A DNA stretch of 64,000 nt from Fistulifera solaris (Eukaryota), in the NCBI GenBank assembly GCA_030295235.1, contig AP026147.1, forward strand, positions 248,001 to 312,000. The letters run 5' to 3'. Each line of letters opens with the position of its first letter. Within the stretch, counting starts at the first letter, position 1. The notes beneath the pieces were generated by a model that saw nothing but the letters and a program-made list of their open reading frames with translations, was not told the origin of the DNA and did no database searches. A program made the position numbers and the translations under genes. This document shows, in pieces, positions 12,461-23,682 of this stretch.

Positions 12461-13894
12461 ATGCGATATCCCTTCACGCTTCTTATTCTTCTATCATCAT
12501 TATTACTCGGCGGGTCGTTCGAATGGCATACGAGCGGAGGAGGTCGTCCTCCCCTCGATCGTCGCGCCATTGCTGGACTTTGGAAGTTAACGACGTGTCC
12601 TACCTTTCCTCTCAAAGAATTTACGGTGCATCCGCCATCTCAGAAAGAGAAAGACGAAGAAGAACTCTTGTTGATGCTCAAAGAAGATGGGTCCTTTCAG
12701 CAGTGTCAGAAAAATGAAGAGGATATCGATCAAGCCTGGACTCGTTGGCAAAAATCGCGTCAAGAAAAACAAGAAGCATTGGATCAATTGCAGTATCAAT
12801 TTTTGCACGGGACATGGGATTATCGAGACGGAAAATTGATTTTGGCCGCGGACCGGGCCGAGCCGTCCAAATCGGATGATATACGTCAATGTTCGAAAGA
12901 TCCGCCCACCGCCCGCTCAGGCGAAAACAAAAAGAAACCGTCGGATACATTGTTGACAGGACGGGTCGTCGCCAAGTATTCAAATAAAGGGAAGGATCGT
13001 CCACTCTGGCGTGAAGAAGAAAACACAAACAAAGATAAGGAAGTCACGAAAGATACATCGTCGAATTCCAATGTCGACGCGTATCTCTCGGTCCCCAAAG
13101 GCAGTGTCAAAGTCGGACGTTTCTTTTATCCTCGCAATCATCCATCGTTCTTTGATCAACCCATGTACGAACCCAAAAACGTGGAACTGTAACTTTGCGT
13201 CAAGTACTCGGTGCTTTAAACATGGCCAGTGACGATGAAGAGGAAATAATGATCGAAAAATTTCGCAACACGGATTTTCACAACAAGACGTTTTTGCTGA
13301 CATCCCATCCAATTGGGTTCCGTGCCGCCAAAGACAAGCGTACCGAAGAAAAGGATCAGCGTCCCGATAACGTTCGTGTGATGCAAATTCAATTTCACGC
13401 CAACAATACATTCTCGACCGTGGCAGGCATTGGAGAGAATATATTGCGTGGCAAATTCTCCATCATGGGGAATCTTCGAGATCAATTTTGGATGCAAGTC
13501 TCACGATTTGGCTTTGGTCGTTCTGTGTCGGGGTCCGTCTACTCGGAAGGGAATAGTATTTCTCATGAAGATGCTAAATCGTACTGGGGTACCATCGGCT
13601 TTCAAGAAAGAATGAGTAAACCTTTGAATTCAACTATCAACGTGACTACGACAGAAGCGAAACAGCTGATCGAGGTGAAAGGTTCCGTTTTGTTTGGATG
13701 GGGGATTGAGCCGATCCCCGAAGCTCGCTTCATCATGCGTGAATTAACTTCAGACGAATCAGAGGGAGGAAGAGGACGAAGACGACGATGACGACGATGA
13801 CATGAACGTTCTCCGCTTTGATTCCGGAAAAGATTTACCTACGCTCGGAGATGAGGATGGGATTAATCTTTCGAACTCGGATTCGTTTCAGTAG
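12461..13894 (+). CDS. Hypothetical signal-peptide protein with an acidic C-terminus; frameshifts near 13175 and 13765
   Basis: MRYPFTLLILLSSLLLG signal; ORFs 12461-13192 and 13195-13791 join at an A-run; two similar segments (LHGTWDYRDG / LRGKFSIMG); shifted tail EEEDEDDDD...SDSFQ*. Confidence 0.65.
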
Positions 13895-14801
13895 TCGTAC
13901 TCCTATACCTACGAACCCAATCGTTTAACCTCTGTACAGCTTTGTCGATTACTAATTACCAATGTTTACTTTTAATCCTTTACACATGGCCGACGTGTAG
14001 CTTCACCCAGCTGCGAAAGATCGAAGGCCCGGCGGCAGGAGGAGGGCTCAACCGCTTGGCTTACGTCGCTGGGAGCAGCTTGATCTGCAATGTGTTCCAC
14101 AAGGATCGCAAAGCTCGACGAAACTCGAACTTCGCTTTCCACTTTTTCAGCGGAAGTCGAAATCATGTCTTTCCATGTTGAAGGTCGACGACTAATGCAA
14201 AATGCCTATCGGCTTCTCTTCGTTCGTAATTTACCTATGATCACATGTCGCCATCTGTCAAGGCCCTGAGTCATGATGTCATGGAGAATACCGCCAGCTG
14301 CCAGTTTGCCCTTTGCGAAGAACGAAAAGAAAGAAAAAGGGTTAAAGCCAAACGAACTTTTCGAAGACGATCTAAATTCTGAAACGCTAAGCAGGACACA
14401 AAGCGAATCACGTTCGAATTTCATTTCTGGGATCCCGGGTCTTTTTTGCATTCCTGTAGATTCGAAGAAATTTTGTGAGCCGACAATGTCGGAAAAAGTG
14501 AACAAGCGAACGTGCAAAATGCAAGCAACTTCCGCATGTCACACTCACAATGAGTGTACTGATCGGGTTCCTGTTTCAATCCGGCATTCGTGCCAGTACT
14601 AAACATAATGACAGCAAAGAACACAAATGTACGTACGGAGCAAGTTTTTTCTATCGAACCTCCAAACCAAATGGTTGGATGGATAAACTTGCTTTCGTCG
14701 TCCGATAGGTTGTTGCAAATTAAAGGATATAACGCCGTCGTTGCTTCATTCATTGTTCATACTTCATCCATTCTCCGTATGCATGCTACCCTATTGACAC
14801 A

Positions 14802-15629
14802 ATGACAAGACATAACCAAATTCAAGCAAACCATCGACCCCAAATAGTTCGCTCTTCTCCCCAGCAAGTGAACATGCCTACACCGAGCGAACGCGACGCT
14901 TCTACTCCTTTCAGCAAAGAGGGGACCAACAAAGGGCCCGCGTCCTCTACTTCTCACGATCTGCCTTTAAGTGCTGAGCTTTCGGAGAATAGAGACATTG
15001 TGCGTCTCCGTATTGATGTGCCTGGAATTGAACCCAAAGACATTCAAGTCTCGGTCGAACGAGGCGTCCTCACGGTACAAGGAACGCGCAAGTCCTTCTC
15101 TATTGACGGTAAAACGTGCCTCAAGAAACGTCAATTCATTCGCCGCTACGGCCTTAATACCAACGCTATTGAAGCTCATTCCGTGAGCGCGGCTTTGGCG
15201 TTGGGAGTGTTGGAAATCCGAGCCAAGAAGAAGCCAAAGTCGCACAATGGGGTGATCCCTGTAGTAGGCAATCGATTAAGCCAGAGGCGTGTCGTCATTC
15301 CTGCAGAAATATCGTTGTTAGAGTGGATTCGCCCGTCAAAGACGAGCGGTCATCATGAAGGGATACACCCGACGACTGAAACACTAGATCGAAGGAAAAG
15401 GTTAAACTTATGTTCTCACGCGACATTTTTTCAGGTAAAAGAGCTGTATATTAGATTTATAATTTTTAAGGCACACAATTCATTCCATGAGTTTCTTCAT
15501 ACGTCCATAGTATCTATTTGGATAAAAAGTTTTCAAGATCTTCGAGTTCCTCGTCGTCGAAATCCAGATCAAGGGCATCTTCGCCCCCTGCCTCGGCAAG
15601 TAACGCATCTACATCTCCATCCAAGTTAA
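14802..15629 (+). CDS. Small heat-shock protein (HSP20/alpha-crystallin domain); 3' end uncertain
   Basis: IDVPGIEPKDIQVSVERGVLTVQGTR...FIRRY...SAALALGVLEIRAKK is a typical alpha-crystallin domain. Confidence 0.85.
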   Translation: MTRHNQIQANHRPQIVRSSPQQVNMPTPSERDASTPFSKEGTNKGPASSTSHDLPLSAELSENRDIVRLRIDVPGIEPKDIQVSVERGVLTVQGTRKSFSIDGKTCLKKRQFIRRYGLNTNAIEAHSVSAALALGVLEIRAKKKPKSHNGVIPVVGNRLSQRRVVIPAEISLLEWIRPSKTSGHHEGIHPTTETLDRRKRLNLCSHATFFQVKELYIRFIIFKAHNSFHEFLHTSIVSIWIKSFQDLRVPRRRNPDQGHLRPLPRQVTHLHLHPS

Positions 15630-17667
15630 GATCTGCATCGGCTAACAAAGCAGCAACTTCGTCCGTGTCATCGGAAGTAGTTACAGACGGTGCAGTGTCG
15701 GCATTGCCCGGTTCAGGGGCACTTACACTGCTAGCTGCGCTAGTTGCGTCAACTGTGGCGGTGATCTTTGCATCCGAGGGATTGTCCTGACTGGGAGTAG
15801 AACCAGAGTAATCGAAGATGACAGCTTCGGGACCGTCATCCAGATGTTCTCCTTCGCCCAGAGCACCCATGAGCGCTTCCATCAAAGAATCCTTCTTCGG
15901 TGGTTCTGTGGCAGAGGCTTTGTTATCTTCTTGAGGCACAAAATCAAGCTCGCCTCCAATACTGAATGTCTGGAATTCACTTTCTTGTGCCTTTGATTTC
16001 GCATCCTCCTCGGTTTCAGCGATGGCCCTGTTGGGCCTGTCAAAGTCACGCCGGCGACCGATGGATGGACCCCAAGTGGGATCCTTCAGGTGCTCTCCCT
16101 TTGCATCGATTGAAGCTTGTTCTTGCCTACGGGCATTAATGACATCCCAGAAACGAGATTCACGATGGAGCATAATGTCATAGGCTGCAGCAGAAACATG
16201 CTTCGCACCCCCGACCAAAGCGTTTGCTTCGTCACTCTTGCCGGCAGTTGCCACTGCGTTAGATCCATCGTCGGTACTGGCATCCGTTTCCATGTGCTTA
16301 AGCATCAGTTGCTGTTCCTGTTCCATGATAAGCTTACTTGCTTCTTCAGCATCCATCGCTTCGAAAATGAGGTCGATGAAAAAGTCATCTTTGAATCGCT
16401 CGTCATTGCATGCACCATCCAATTCGCTCTTCTTTAGGCGCAGCACCTTTGGCGGTACATACCCAGTGTGAAAGGCAGCACGGAACATGGAAATGCGGGT
16501 TTTCTTACTGGTGAGATGACGACATCGGATCAGTATGTCACCTTGGACGACGCAGTTGATATTGAAGCTCACTGTGCCATCTGCTACTTGTACAAACGGA
16601 AGTTCATTGTGTGCTTGCTGATAATGTAGAGAAGCGGGAGCTGTAGCGAGTAAGTCCCCGGCTTTAAAGAGCTGCAAGTATGGCGCACACCCCATGAGAC
16701 GATCTGTGCGATTGGCCAATTTATCGTCATCGCGCGGAGGGCCCCGAGCAAACTGCGGTGCCTCCGACATGATGATCCGTTTGAGCATCAACGGTGGTTG
16801 TGAAGGACGCACTCCATCCAGCATGTTCTTGAAGTACGAGGCATAGCGCCGTTGCGATGGAATAGTCAATTCCTCAAAGGAAAGCTGTTTACAGGCCGCT
16901 ATGTAGTTGAGTGCCTTGTAAATGTCACCAAACCCAGCTTGGCCCATCCAACACAAGAACGATGCGAGTACCATGCTCGTGCGACCCTTTCCGGTCAAAC
17001 AATGTACCACAGCAACATTGCGATCATCGGCTTTCATCCAAGCTTCCATGCTAATCAGCAATTTCAAAAGTAAGCCCAATGGCGGGCTCGGACTTCCTGG
17101 AAAGGAAAATGTCAATACCTGCTCATCCAGTATCCTGGTCTCGTAATCGACTTCGGAAATATTCCACACCATGAATCTTCCATTATGACGCTGTGTCAGC
17201 ATGTGCCCTACCGCAGCCAGTTTGCGTTGACCCGTGATATCTGCGTTCACCGCCGATGCCATAGCCGGATGACTCATGGTAATGAGACGATCTGTAATAT
17301 AGACTACCTGTGCGTCACGAAGGGCTATGGTATCGAGAGGAAGTTTCGGGTCTCGTTTGTAATACGTATGACGGGCCTCATTGATGCGTTCTTGCAGACG
17401 AGATTGCTGTTCTTCCAGGACGTTTTGTGCGACTTGCCATTTTTCCTTGGTGACATTGAGTACGGAAGACCAACCGGTTTGCAAATTGGCTAAAATTTCT
17501 TTGCGCTTTTTCTCGGCCTCGCTTTCTTCTTTTTCTACCGTCGTGTCCGCACGTTCGGGAAGCTCGGGTGCCTGTTTCGCTTGGCTCGCTGCTTTCGAAA
17601 GGGCGTCGCCGGTCTTTTCTAAAACGGATGTCAAAGAGGCCTTCGTATCAGCCCACGATGACCACAT
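15514..17667 (-). CDS. PTEN/tensin/auxilin-type phosphatase domain plus C2 domain protein
   Basis: VYITDRLITMSHP, P-loop VHCLTGKGRT, TIPSQRRYASYF, C2 motif GDILIRCRH...MFRAAFHTGY; intact 717-aa ORF. Confidence 0.9.
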   Translation of the reverse strand: MWSSWADTKASLTSVLEKTGDALSKAASQAKQAPELPERADTTVEKEESEAEKKRKEILANLQTGWSSVLNVTKEKWQVAQNVLEEQQSRLQERINEARHTYYKRDPKLPLDTIALRDAQVVYITDRLITMSHPAMASAVNADITGQRKLAAVGHMLTQRHNGRFMVWNISEVDYETRILDEQVLTFSFPGSPSPPLGLLLKLLISMEAWMKADDRNVAVVHCLTGKGRTSMVLASFLCWMGQAGFGDIYKALNYIAACKQLSFEELTIPSQRRYASYFKNMLDGVRPSQPPLMLKRIIMSEAPQFARGPPRDDDKLANRTDRLMGCAPYLQLFKAGDLLATAPASLHYQQAHNELPFVQVADGTVSFNINCVVQGDILIRCRHLTSKKTRISMFRAAFHTGYVPPKVLRLKKSELDGACNDERFKDDFFIDLIFEAMDAEEASKLIMEQEQQLMLKHMETDASTDDGSNAVATAGKSDEANALVGGAKHVSAAAYDIMLHRESRFWDVINARRQEQASIDAKGEHLKDPTWGPSIGRRRDFDRPNRAIAETEEDAKSKAQESEFQTFSIGGELDFVPQEDNKASATEPPKKDSLMEALMGALGEGEHLDDGPEAVIFDYSGSTPSQDNPSDAKITATVDATSAASSVSAPEPGNADTAPSVTTSDDTDEVAALLADADLNLDGDVDALLAEAGGEDALDLDFDDEELEDLENFLSK

Positions 17668-17981
17668 GCTTTCTGCTCTATTTTTATTTTTTATTTTTTG
17701 TGTTCAAGAAACAAGATTAACGAGTAACGCCGTTAATCAAAACAAATAAGTTAACCAAGATGTAATAATAAGTCTGCGCTTGTTTTATTTGTTACCGTTG
17801 CGTTTTTTACGTCTTTTTTGCGCGTTGCGTGTTGCGTTTATTCGGGCGGTGAATCTTGTTTTTAGTAAGATTTACAATGTAGTCTAATGAGTTTCTGTGA
17901 CTAACGAAAATAACGTCTCAGGTCTTAGCGGTACTAGGTAAGCATTTTTTCTTGCGTTTTTTGCGCGAACGATGAACGACT

Positions 17982-18713
17982 ATGACTTCGCGAAGACTTC
18001 GGATTCAACCATGGTGTCACTATACTTTCGATCAGGAAGCCAACGTTTTTATCGCTATGAAGAGCCATTTGGAACCGGAAATACCTCTCGCACATGCTGT
18101 TCCTATCACACAACTACCCTCCGCTCCTTCCGGAACGGTCGAAGTCGAAGTGAAAGTGCCCCTTCCCTTGCACGCCAGCTCGGGGTTTTCGTTCGAACAT
18201 GATCCGCCACGCGTCAGCGGTGTTGTGAACGACGCACATCAGCGCTTGCTGGGATATTATTTTAACAAACTAGCATTGCCGGGATTGGAAATTTGGGGAG
18301 TTTTCGACTGCAATGTTTTACGGAAACTTCTGATGGAGAATGAGCACGTGGAACGCACGCTTATTTTGACCGATACGCCTCCGAAACGAGGAGAGATTCT
18401 TTATCAGTATACTTTACCAAGGGAGGTTGGTTTAACATTTTCTGGATTCCCTCCGTGCGTTCAATCAATCAACGATAAGTTCTTGTTTGGACGCGTACGT
18501 GTCGGCCAGGCCGTTCACGCGCTTTGCATTCCCGGCCGTGCCCCGTTCATGATGCAATCTGGCGGTTTCACAGCCGTGCGACTGCAGCAACAAATCGAGG
18601 AAACGTCTCACATCGATGGGCGTCAACTTATCTTAAAAGATAAAAAGGAAGAGCTGAAGACGAGAGCAGGAAGTAGGGGCGCGTTTGATCCGGAAGGGTG
18701 CTGTGTGTCATAA
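17982..18713 (+). CDS. Hypothetical protein ending in a CaaX-like motif (CCVS); start possibly at ATG ~18057
   Basis: Single 243-aa ORF with a basic/Gly tail KTRAGSRGAFDPEGCCVS*. Confidence 0.6.
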   Translation: MTSRRLRIQPWCHYTFDQEANVFIAMKSHLEPEIPLAHAVPITQLPSAPSGTVEVEVKVPLPLHASSGFSFEHDPPRVSGVVNDAHQRLLGYYFNKLALPGLEIWGVFDCNVLRKLLMENEHVERTLILTDTPPKRGEILYQYTLPREVGLTFSGFPPCVQSINDKFLFGRVRVGQAVHALCIPGRAPFMMQSGGFTAVRLQQQIEETSHIDGRQLILKDKKEELKTRAGSRGAFDPEGCCVS

Positions 18714-18890
18714 ACATTCTAATGTCTTTTGAGATATAATAGTAGCAGAAATAGCACAATATAAAAAGAACATGCAAATCTAAGAAAGTTATAGTATAGC
18801 CGTGCGCCAAGCGGCACGAAACAGTAACGTCTACAAGGTCAGTGACCATGAAGAGTAGGTTGTTCAGAAGTCAAACAGACAAAATGAAAT

Positions 18891-19652
18891 TTACACACGC
18901 GTGCCCTCGCTCATCATTTCGAATCCGCTAATGCTTTGTCCGCTTTGCAAGAGCTCCTCTTCTTTCGAAAGATTGATACGGCCGACTCGTCGCTTTCGTT
19001 GGTACAAAGCACCGATCAGGGCAGCTAATCCCACCGCCGACAAACCGACAAAAGCAGCGGTAGATGAAGATGAGCTGACGGCCTTGAATGAAGCCGAACA
19101 TGTCGTGTATTGATAACCCGATTCGCAATCATCAACAGTCACATCGGTCGTTAACCACCAACCTGCAGCAAGGAGATGTTGTCAGACGAAAGTCCACTTC
19201 TGTAGAATGAAGGTAATTGAAGGAAGGCACTTACCACTACCAAGGTTCATCAAATTCGGTGAAGGAATCTTCATGTTGCCAGTAAATGTGTATTCACCAG
19301 CACTCGGGCATCTCGCGCCATCTGTCGACTGGAGTTGGAGAGACTCACACAAGTTAGCCGTCTCCGTGTACGAGCGGCAGAAAAAGTTGATTCCCATGAA
19401 ACAAGTTTTCAAAGTCAAACAAGACTGCTCCGGGAAATCTTCTGTAGCAGACAAGGTTCCGGTGACTTCCAAAGATCCTCCAAAGTTGCAAACATCGTCA
19501 CCGTCTTCTTCGCCACCGCAGGCGAACGAATCCACCGAGAGAGAAACGGGAGACTCGCAACTGGCATTATCCTGATAGCGAAAGCCAGTTGCCGCGAGTG
19601 CTTGCTTGGAAGCAAATGCCAAAATGAGAAACAAGCTTTGTTTGAATATCAT
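18891..19652 (-). CDS. Type I membrane protein with a Cys-rich ectodomain, possibly ML/lipid-recognition-like; intron 19163-19234
   Basis: Signal peptide MIFKQSLFLILAFASKQALA; CPSAGEYTF motif; the splice gives GSG-WWLTTDV; C-terminal TM AAFVGLSAVGLAALIGALY followed by RKRR. Confidence 0.7.
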
Positions 19653-20224
19653 TTTTGCGTAAATAATGATTGAAGGTGAAGCTACTATGTCTGGTTTGAC
19701 TATAAGCAGAGTTGTCGCTTTTACAAAATCGCATGTCGTTGAAACGTCGGACGTTGAAATTTTCGTCGATCGATTATGGGAGAGGTCAGCGTGTCAACCC
19801 CTGCGAGCGCAATTTTTTCTCTAAGTAATTCGTTATACTTCCGTTGCTGATAGTGAAATACAATATTGTTAGTCCGTTGGTTGAATTTACTTATTTGATG
19901 CAGTCTCGATTGACGGAACGTTGTGTCCGTTCCATTGAGCATGCCTCGCTAAATCTTCCGTGTCACTCTAAGACATTCCCAGTACGACGTAAAGAGTGAA
20001 CATTTTGCACGATGTACGTAAACCTTACACCTTTACCACCCTGCACCTTTTTTTCTTCGCTTGAGCTCTAGCTAGACCACGAGCTAGTTACCGGTACCAG
20101 TACAAAGCATGGCAAGGATAATGCGCGCTACAACTCGTTAACTTTGGTATTTTAATACTCCGATACAATTCGGTAAAAGTAACAACGAAATTTCCCGCTC
20201 CGTTTTACACTTGATCTGAAACTG

Positions 20225-21330
20225 TCATCGCTTATCCTGATTTTGTGACGTATCCCTAGCACGTTTCTCAGCTGCCTCAAGGGCTGCTCTTCGAGCATCT
20301 TTCCTTTGCTCTGACCCACCTAGTTTGCGTCCTATGTTTTCAAACTGCTCTGTCAACTGTCGACATCGATCTACAATAGCTTGACGCAAGGGCAACGGAG
20401 ACAATCCGTATTGTGGCATTTCTCCGGCCAATTCTTTCAGAACGGCATCCGCAATCCCGGCCAGGCCATTTTGACATTCCTTCGAAACACCGGCGATCAT
20501 GGCCGTCGACTTTCCTTGCGTAATATACCCTTCCGCTGCCAATCGAGCGTGCGTATGCAAATATTCGACGCGCATTTGTGCAAAATTTCCCCAAAACAAT
20601 AAATCGTGCTCTCCCACCCAATTGTGCGACAATTCATGAATTAATGTTGCCAGCAACTGCGGATATGGCATAAAACCTTGCAAATCCATCGTGCGCAACC
20701 GAATGTGTATGGCTAGTCCGTGATTCGTATTGTAACCCAACAAACAGGCTCCATGCTCTTGTTTCTTTTGCATCAATCGATCATCGATGGGATCCATTTC
20801 ACCCAACAAATTGACGACCAGTTGGCGTTCGCGCATAATGGCCACAATTCCGGGATCGGTCGCCAACTGTTCGAGCAGTTGCTGTGCCGCAAACGGGTGC
20901 GGCTGTTGTTCTTTCGCCCGGACTCCGAAGGACTGCCACGTGCAGACTTCGAATTTGACAAATTTGTATTGTGAATCTTGTCCTGTTCCCCATATTGTTT
21001 CATTGGTTTTTGGGTAGCTTTCGTCGCAGTAGTCTCAAACCCGCGAATGGTCGGATCGGATCGTTGGGATTGTACTTGTTGTACCGCACTTTGACTCGAT
21101 GCCATGACAATTATTTTCGGCGCTTTCGGCGGTATTTCCGTAAAAACGAGTGATGCATCATCGGCGCGCAACAGTTTGCCCTTGTACAAAAGTTTGATCG
21201 CATGCTCTTCGGGATCGAGATGAAACAGTTGTCGTACTTTTTCAAATAAATCACCAGCAGTTGTCGAAGTCGATACTTCGACGGAATGTGTTTCGCCTTT
21301 GAAGGATATTGTTGCTTCAAAGAATGTCAT
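20225..21330 (-). CDS. Ubiquitin-like domain plus WLM (Wss1-like) metalloprotease; frameshifted around 20870-21000
   Basis: N-terminal UBL (IKLLYKGK); LLGYNTNHG, IHIRLRT, zinc motif HELSHN..EH; tail GRKLGG..RRAALEAAEKR. Confidence 0.85.
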
Positions 21331-21766
21331 TTTGCTGAATGTAGTAGTCAAAAAGGACAGCAATATAGACAATATTACGAGAGAATGAAACAGTTAAGAA
21401 CAGCAAGTTAATGAAGAATGCGCGGTCCTTGCATTTGCGTGTTGCGATGTGTTTTATTGACGCAGTTTTTGCCGCGTTCGTGGAAGAACTTCTGCGATGT
21501 TCTTCGAGCGCGTAAAATGCACAGAGGTTAAGGTTTACGAGACTGAAATGAAGCGGGATCGCCGGCTGCCGCGCCCGCCCGCGCCTGCCAGGCTCCCCTC
21601 ATTTTCTTCGCGACGATATCTCTGCAAAATGCTGCGCCGATCCTTTCATCACCAATGCTAAACAATCATTCACAGTTGTTATCCTAAAATCCAGCCGATG
21701 AAATATCTCAAAGCAAGTTGAGTTAACAAAAATTTAGATCTTTTTTCAATCAGAAAGAAACAAGAA

Positions 21767-23351
21767 ATGTCGTACCCGGCGTGTCTCTTGCACACCATCG
21801 TCGAGCCGAAATGCGCCATTGCCTTTCAATGCTGCGCGAAAATGCTAGAGGAAGTGCAGCACGATGAGACCAAAGCCGAACAAGAAGCCCGCATGAGCGT
21901 TCTGTATCACGACGAAGTCGAACGCTTTGTCAACGGCGCGGAGGAGTATGAAGGATTGTTTGAGTACGAAGATGATTCGTCGTCGTCGCACGCCTTGACG
22001 TTACCGTTCTTCTTACACCGTGAATGCAATTGGATCATGACCGTGGGCTTCAGCGATGAAGATATCAACTCACAGCGACTCCGCTGCAAATCACGAACGT
22101 CTCCCGATACCCCCATGAGTGGAGCTTGCCTACTCAATTACGCCAAAACGGTCGTAGCGAATTGTGAAAAAGCGATTGCGTATGCCGATCAATATCTGGT
22201 TCAACATCTTGACAAGACTGTTGATTTAGTCGAGTATATTTTGGATAAAATGTACCACGATGAAAGCAATCACAAGAAAAAGAGTGCCGAACGACCACAC
22301 AATTGGTTTTTTCTTTGTGGGTTTTTCGCGTTCATGGCGTGGGGCACACTGCCCTTGAACAATCTGTGGCAACATCAATCGAAAGTCTTGATGCGTTTGC
22401 GGAAACCTTCGCCCAACAAAGTTGTTTCCAAGCGATTGCGACAAGAGGAAGAAGTCACTCCCGTCGCCGCCAAGAAACCCAAAACCAATTCGAATGTTTC
22501 ACGTCAAATGCGACAAGAGGAAGACGTGACCCCCGTCACCAAGAAACCCAAAATCATCATCCCGAATGTTTCACGTCAAATCCAACGCGTGCAAACCATG
22601 TTGCTGCACCGCGACAATCATCAACGAGATTTGGAGCGTCAAGAAAATTATCTCTACCGTCGCATGGAACACGCGTGGCACCAGTATGTAAATCATTACG
22701 AGCGAAATAGAGAAAGGCTGCACAGGAAGGATGAGGAGGTGAATGATCGGCGTGCGGTTTACTAGGCGCTCAAACAAGAGTGGGTCGATTTTTCGAGCTC
22801 GATTCTTTATCCAGAGGAAGTGGACGAGGAGATGGTAATTATTGACAGTTTTATTCGAAATGAAACTCGAGAACTTGATTTCACGCTTCACGCAATTTGG
22901 ATACGGAGACATCGCGAAAGAGGACGAGTCACGCCTCTTCCAGTTCGTCAACATCTTGCTGCTGCGCCGCGAGGTATTCCAGCGTGCCATCTGGTTCAAA
23001 ATACATCTGCATTCCCGTCCTACGGAAACGTATTGGCGCGAATATAAATTTGCTTCCGACTGGGCGAAGATCACGAGAGACCGACCTGAGGCCGATGCCA
23101 AGTTTCTCACGTATGAAGGGATGCACCAGGAGGGCGAAACATGTACTTCATCACTGTTACAAGAACAAGAAGAAGGAGGCTTCTTTCAAGAGCTACTGAA
23201 CAACATTCTTGAGGTTTTGAAGATGGCGGCGAGGCGGACGATGCTTGAAGAACATGCGAGGGTCAGAAGCATTATATATGGTGATACCGAGGACGTTGTT
23301 GTTACTCCACGATCAGCTAGGAAATCGAAATCAAGAGCCGTTGTTACTTAG
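21767..23351 (+). CDS. Hypothetical protein (ORFs 21767-22765 and 22842-23351, probably one frameshifted gene); N-terminus resembles the transposon ORF2
   Basis: Long ORFs; RPHNWFFLCGFFAFMAWG motif; duplicated RQEExVTPVxKKPK..NVSRQ (NLS-like); coiled-coil-like region. Confidence 0.6.
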
Positions 23352-23682
23352 AAGGACGGTTGTACAGTGCATGTTCTCTAGCTCCGTCCCACCGTTCATC
23401 CAGTATTTCAACTAGTTAAGTAATCTTCAACAACAGTCGTTTTTATGGATTTTCTACGCCTGCACATGCCGTAGGGGGCCACGTATTTATAATCTTAACA
23501 TTACTATGTTGTAAATTCAGACGCTGTGAGGTCCCTGATTTCGACGTTTTCAAAGAATACTCCGTACTTCTGTTGTTCCCGGTCGTTTGGCGCACAAAAG
23601 CGCTTACGAAAATTTTAGGATAACTTTCGAGTTGCATTGAGAAGCATTCCGTCGCAACAAGAAAGAGTTGCTACCATCTATT

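Noticed and set aside
15514..15629. Apparent coding overlap between HSP20 and the PTEN-like gene
   Set aside because: The HSP20 tail reads like UTR sequence; a frameshift error probably hides an earlier stop
21540..23480. TIRs or TSD around the ORF2-like gene
   Set aside because: The GC-rich patch at ~21560-21600 has no inverted counterpart downstream that I could find
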